NCBI GenBank assembly: GCA_904395845.1
Contig: CAJFOH010000009.1
Span: forward strand, 1-51,558
Length of the DNA stretch: 51,558 nt
Reading direction: 5' to 3'
Source of the DNA: an uncultured Lachnospiraceae bacterium
GTDB taxonomy: Bacteria > Bacillota > Clostridia > Lachnospirales > Lachnospiraceae
Position numbers and translations under genes: made by a program. How positions within the stretch are numbered: position 1 is the first letter of the stretch; each line of letters opens with the position of its first letter. The notes beneath the pieces are model-generated. The model did no database searches and was not told the origin of the DNA. It was given only the letters and a program-made list of their open reading frames with translations. This document shows positions 50,774 through 51,558 of this stretch, one piece after another.

Positions 50774-51558
50774 TTAACTTAAGCCAGAAAGAGAACGCAT
50801 CACTAAGTCTACGTCTTTATTTTCTAATTCCTGAATAATGTGCAAATATGTTTTTTGTGTGGTAGTAATACTAGCATGTCCTAAGCGACGTGCAACACTA
50901 GCAATGGATACACCAGCAAATAGTAAAATAGATGCATGGGTATGTCGAAGTCCATGAATGGATATGACTGGAATATTGATACGTTTACAATATCGTTCCA
51001 GTAAATCATTAATGGTAGAGTTATATATTTGCTTTTGAACAAAAATTGGCTCATTTTCTGGTAAATGTTTTATAAGCTGTGAAAATTGAATTACCGTTTG
51101 CCAGTCTAATTGAATTTTCCTTACAGATGATTTATTTTTCGTAGGGAGAAACCCGCCATCTCCTTTGTAATCCCAAGTTTTACTTACAGAAAGAGTTTGG
51201 CGGGCAAAATCAAAATCAGAAGGTGTCAAAGCTAGCGCTTCTGAAAATCTCATCCCTGTTTTAGCAACTAAAAGAATAAACCAGTCCCAGTTAATTTCAG
51301 CTCCTAAATTTAAACTACTAAGTAGTGTGTGAAGTTCAAATTGATTTAGGTACTTAATTTTTTTCACTCTAGGGAGTTTTCCTTTTATAATTGCCTTTCT
51401 CGTTGGATCACGATCAATAAGACCTTCGTCTACGGCATCTAAAATAGCCCCTTTTAGTTGATGATGAAAATCCATCGTTGTTTGCTTTTCATGGTACAAT
51501 GCGTACTCATTTAAAAGCTGTTGATATGCCATTCGGTTTAAATCACACAATTTTAAAT
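50774..51558 (-). CDS. Tyrosine recombinase/integrase (5'-truncated by window)
   Basis: TGMRFSE (R), TKNKSS (K), HGLRH, LGH, TYLH (Y); frame open to the window end. Confidence 0.93.
   Translation of the reverse strand, partial: LKLCDLNRMAYQQLLNEYALYHEKQTTMDFHHQLKGAILDAVDEGLIDRDPTRKAIIKGKLPRVKKIKYLNQFELHTLLSSLNLGAEINWDWFILLVAKTGMRFSEALALTPSDFDFARQTLSVSKTWDYKGDGGFLPTKNKSSVRKIQLDWQTVIQFSQLIKHLPENEPIFVQKQIYNSTINDLLERYCKRINIPVISIHGLRHTHASILLFAGVSIASVARRLGHASITTTQKTYLHIIQELENKDVDLVMRSLSGLS

Overview
Low-GC Firmicute chromosomal window; gene content and order look Lachnospiraceae-like (inference). It opens with the tail of a sensor kinase and a YbhJ-like aconitase-family hydratase. A complete ~10 kb monoderm-type Tad/Flp (type IVc) pilus operon follows (3127-13327): two A24 prepilin peptidases, a CpaE-like protein, TadA, TadB, an enlarged TadC, a 56-aa Flp pilin missing from the ORF track, three pilin-like proteins and a membrane-anchored FHA protein. 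The rest is mostly housekeeping (murG, mtnN, pgi, tkt, aroA, galE, ROK glucokinase, CBS-PPase, aroK, murA, SAM-I riboswitch plus metK). It also holds two GGDEF-EAL proteins with degenerate cyclase sites, a yyaC/LysM divergon with Spo0A-like boxes, an HK-RR pair, a Pho-box-led alkaline phosphatase plus YibE/F pair, and the 3' part of a tyrosine recombinase at the right edge. The most interesting signals are: (i) the Tad operon's accessory parts, namely a minor pilin with two tandem H/C/CxxC Zn modules and an FHA protein with a GarA-like TT motif; (ii) an uninterrupted 18-bp long-range RNA helix (13 WC + 5 G-U) inside the unusually long leader of that minor pilin; (iii) a recurring architecture in which a -10 box sits in the loop of an inverted repeat, in two cases with the arms sequestering the downstream RBS. 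All calls are from motif reading only; no searches or folding programs were run.
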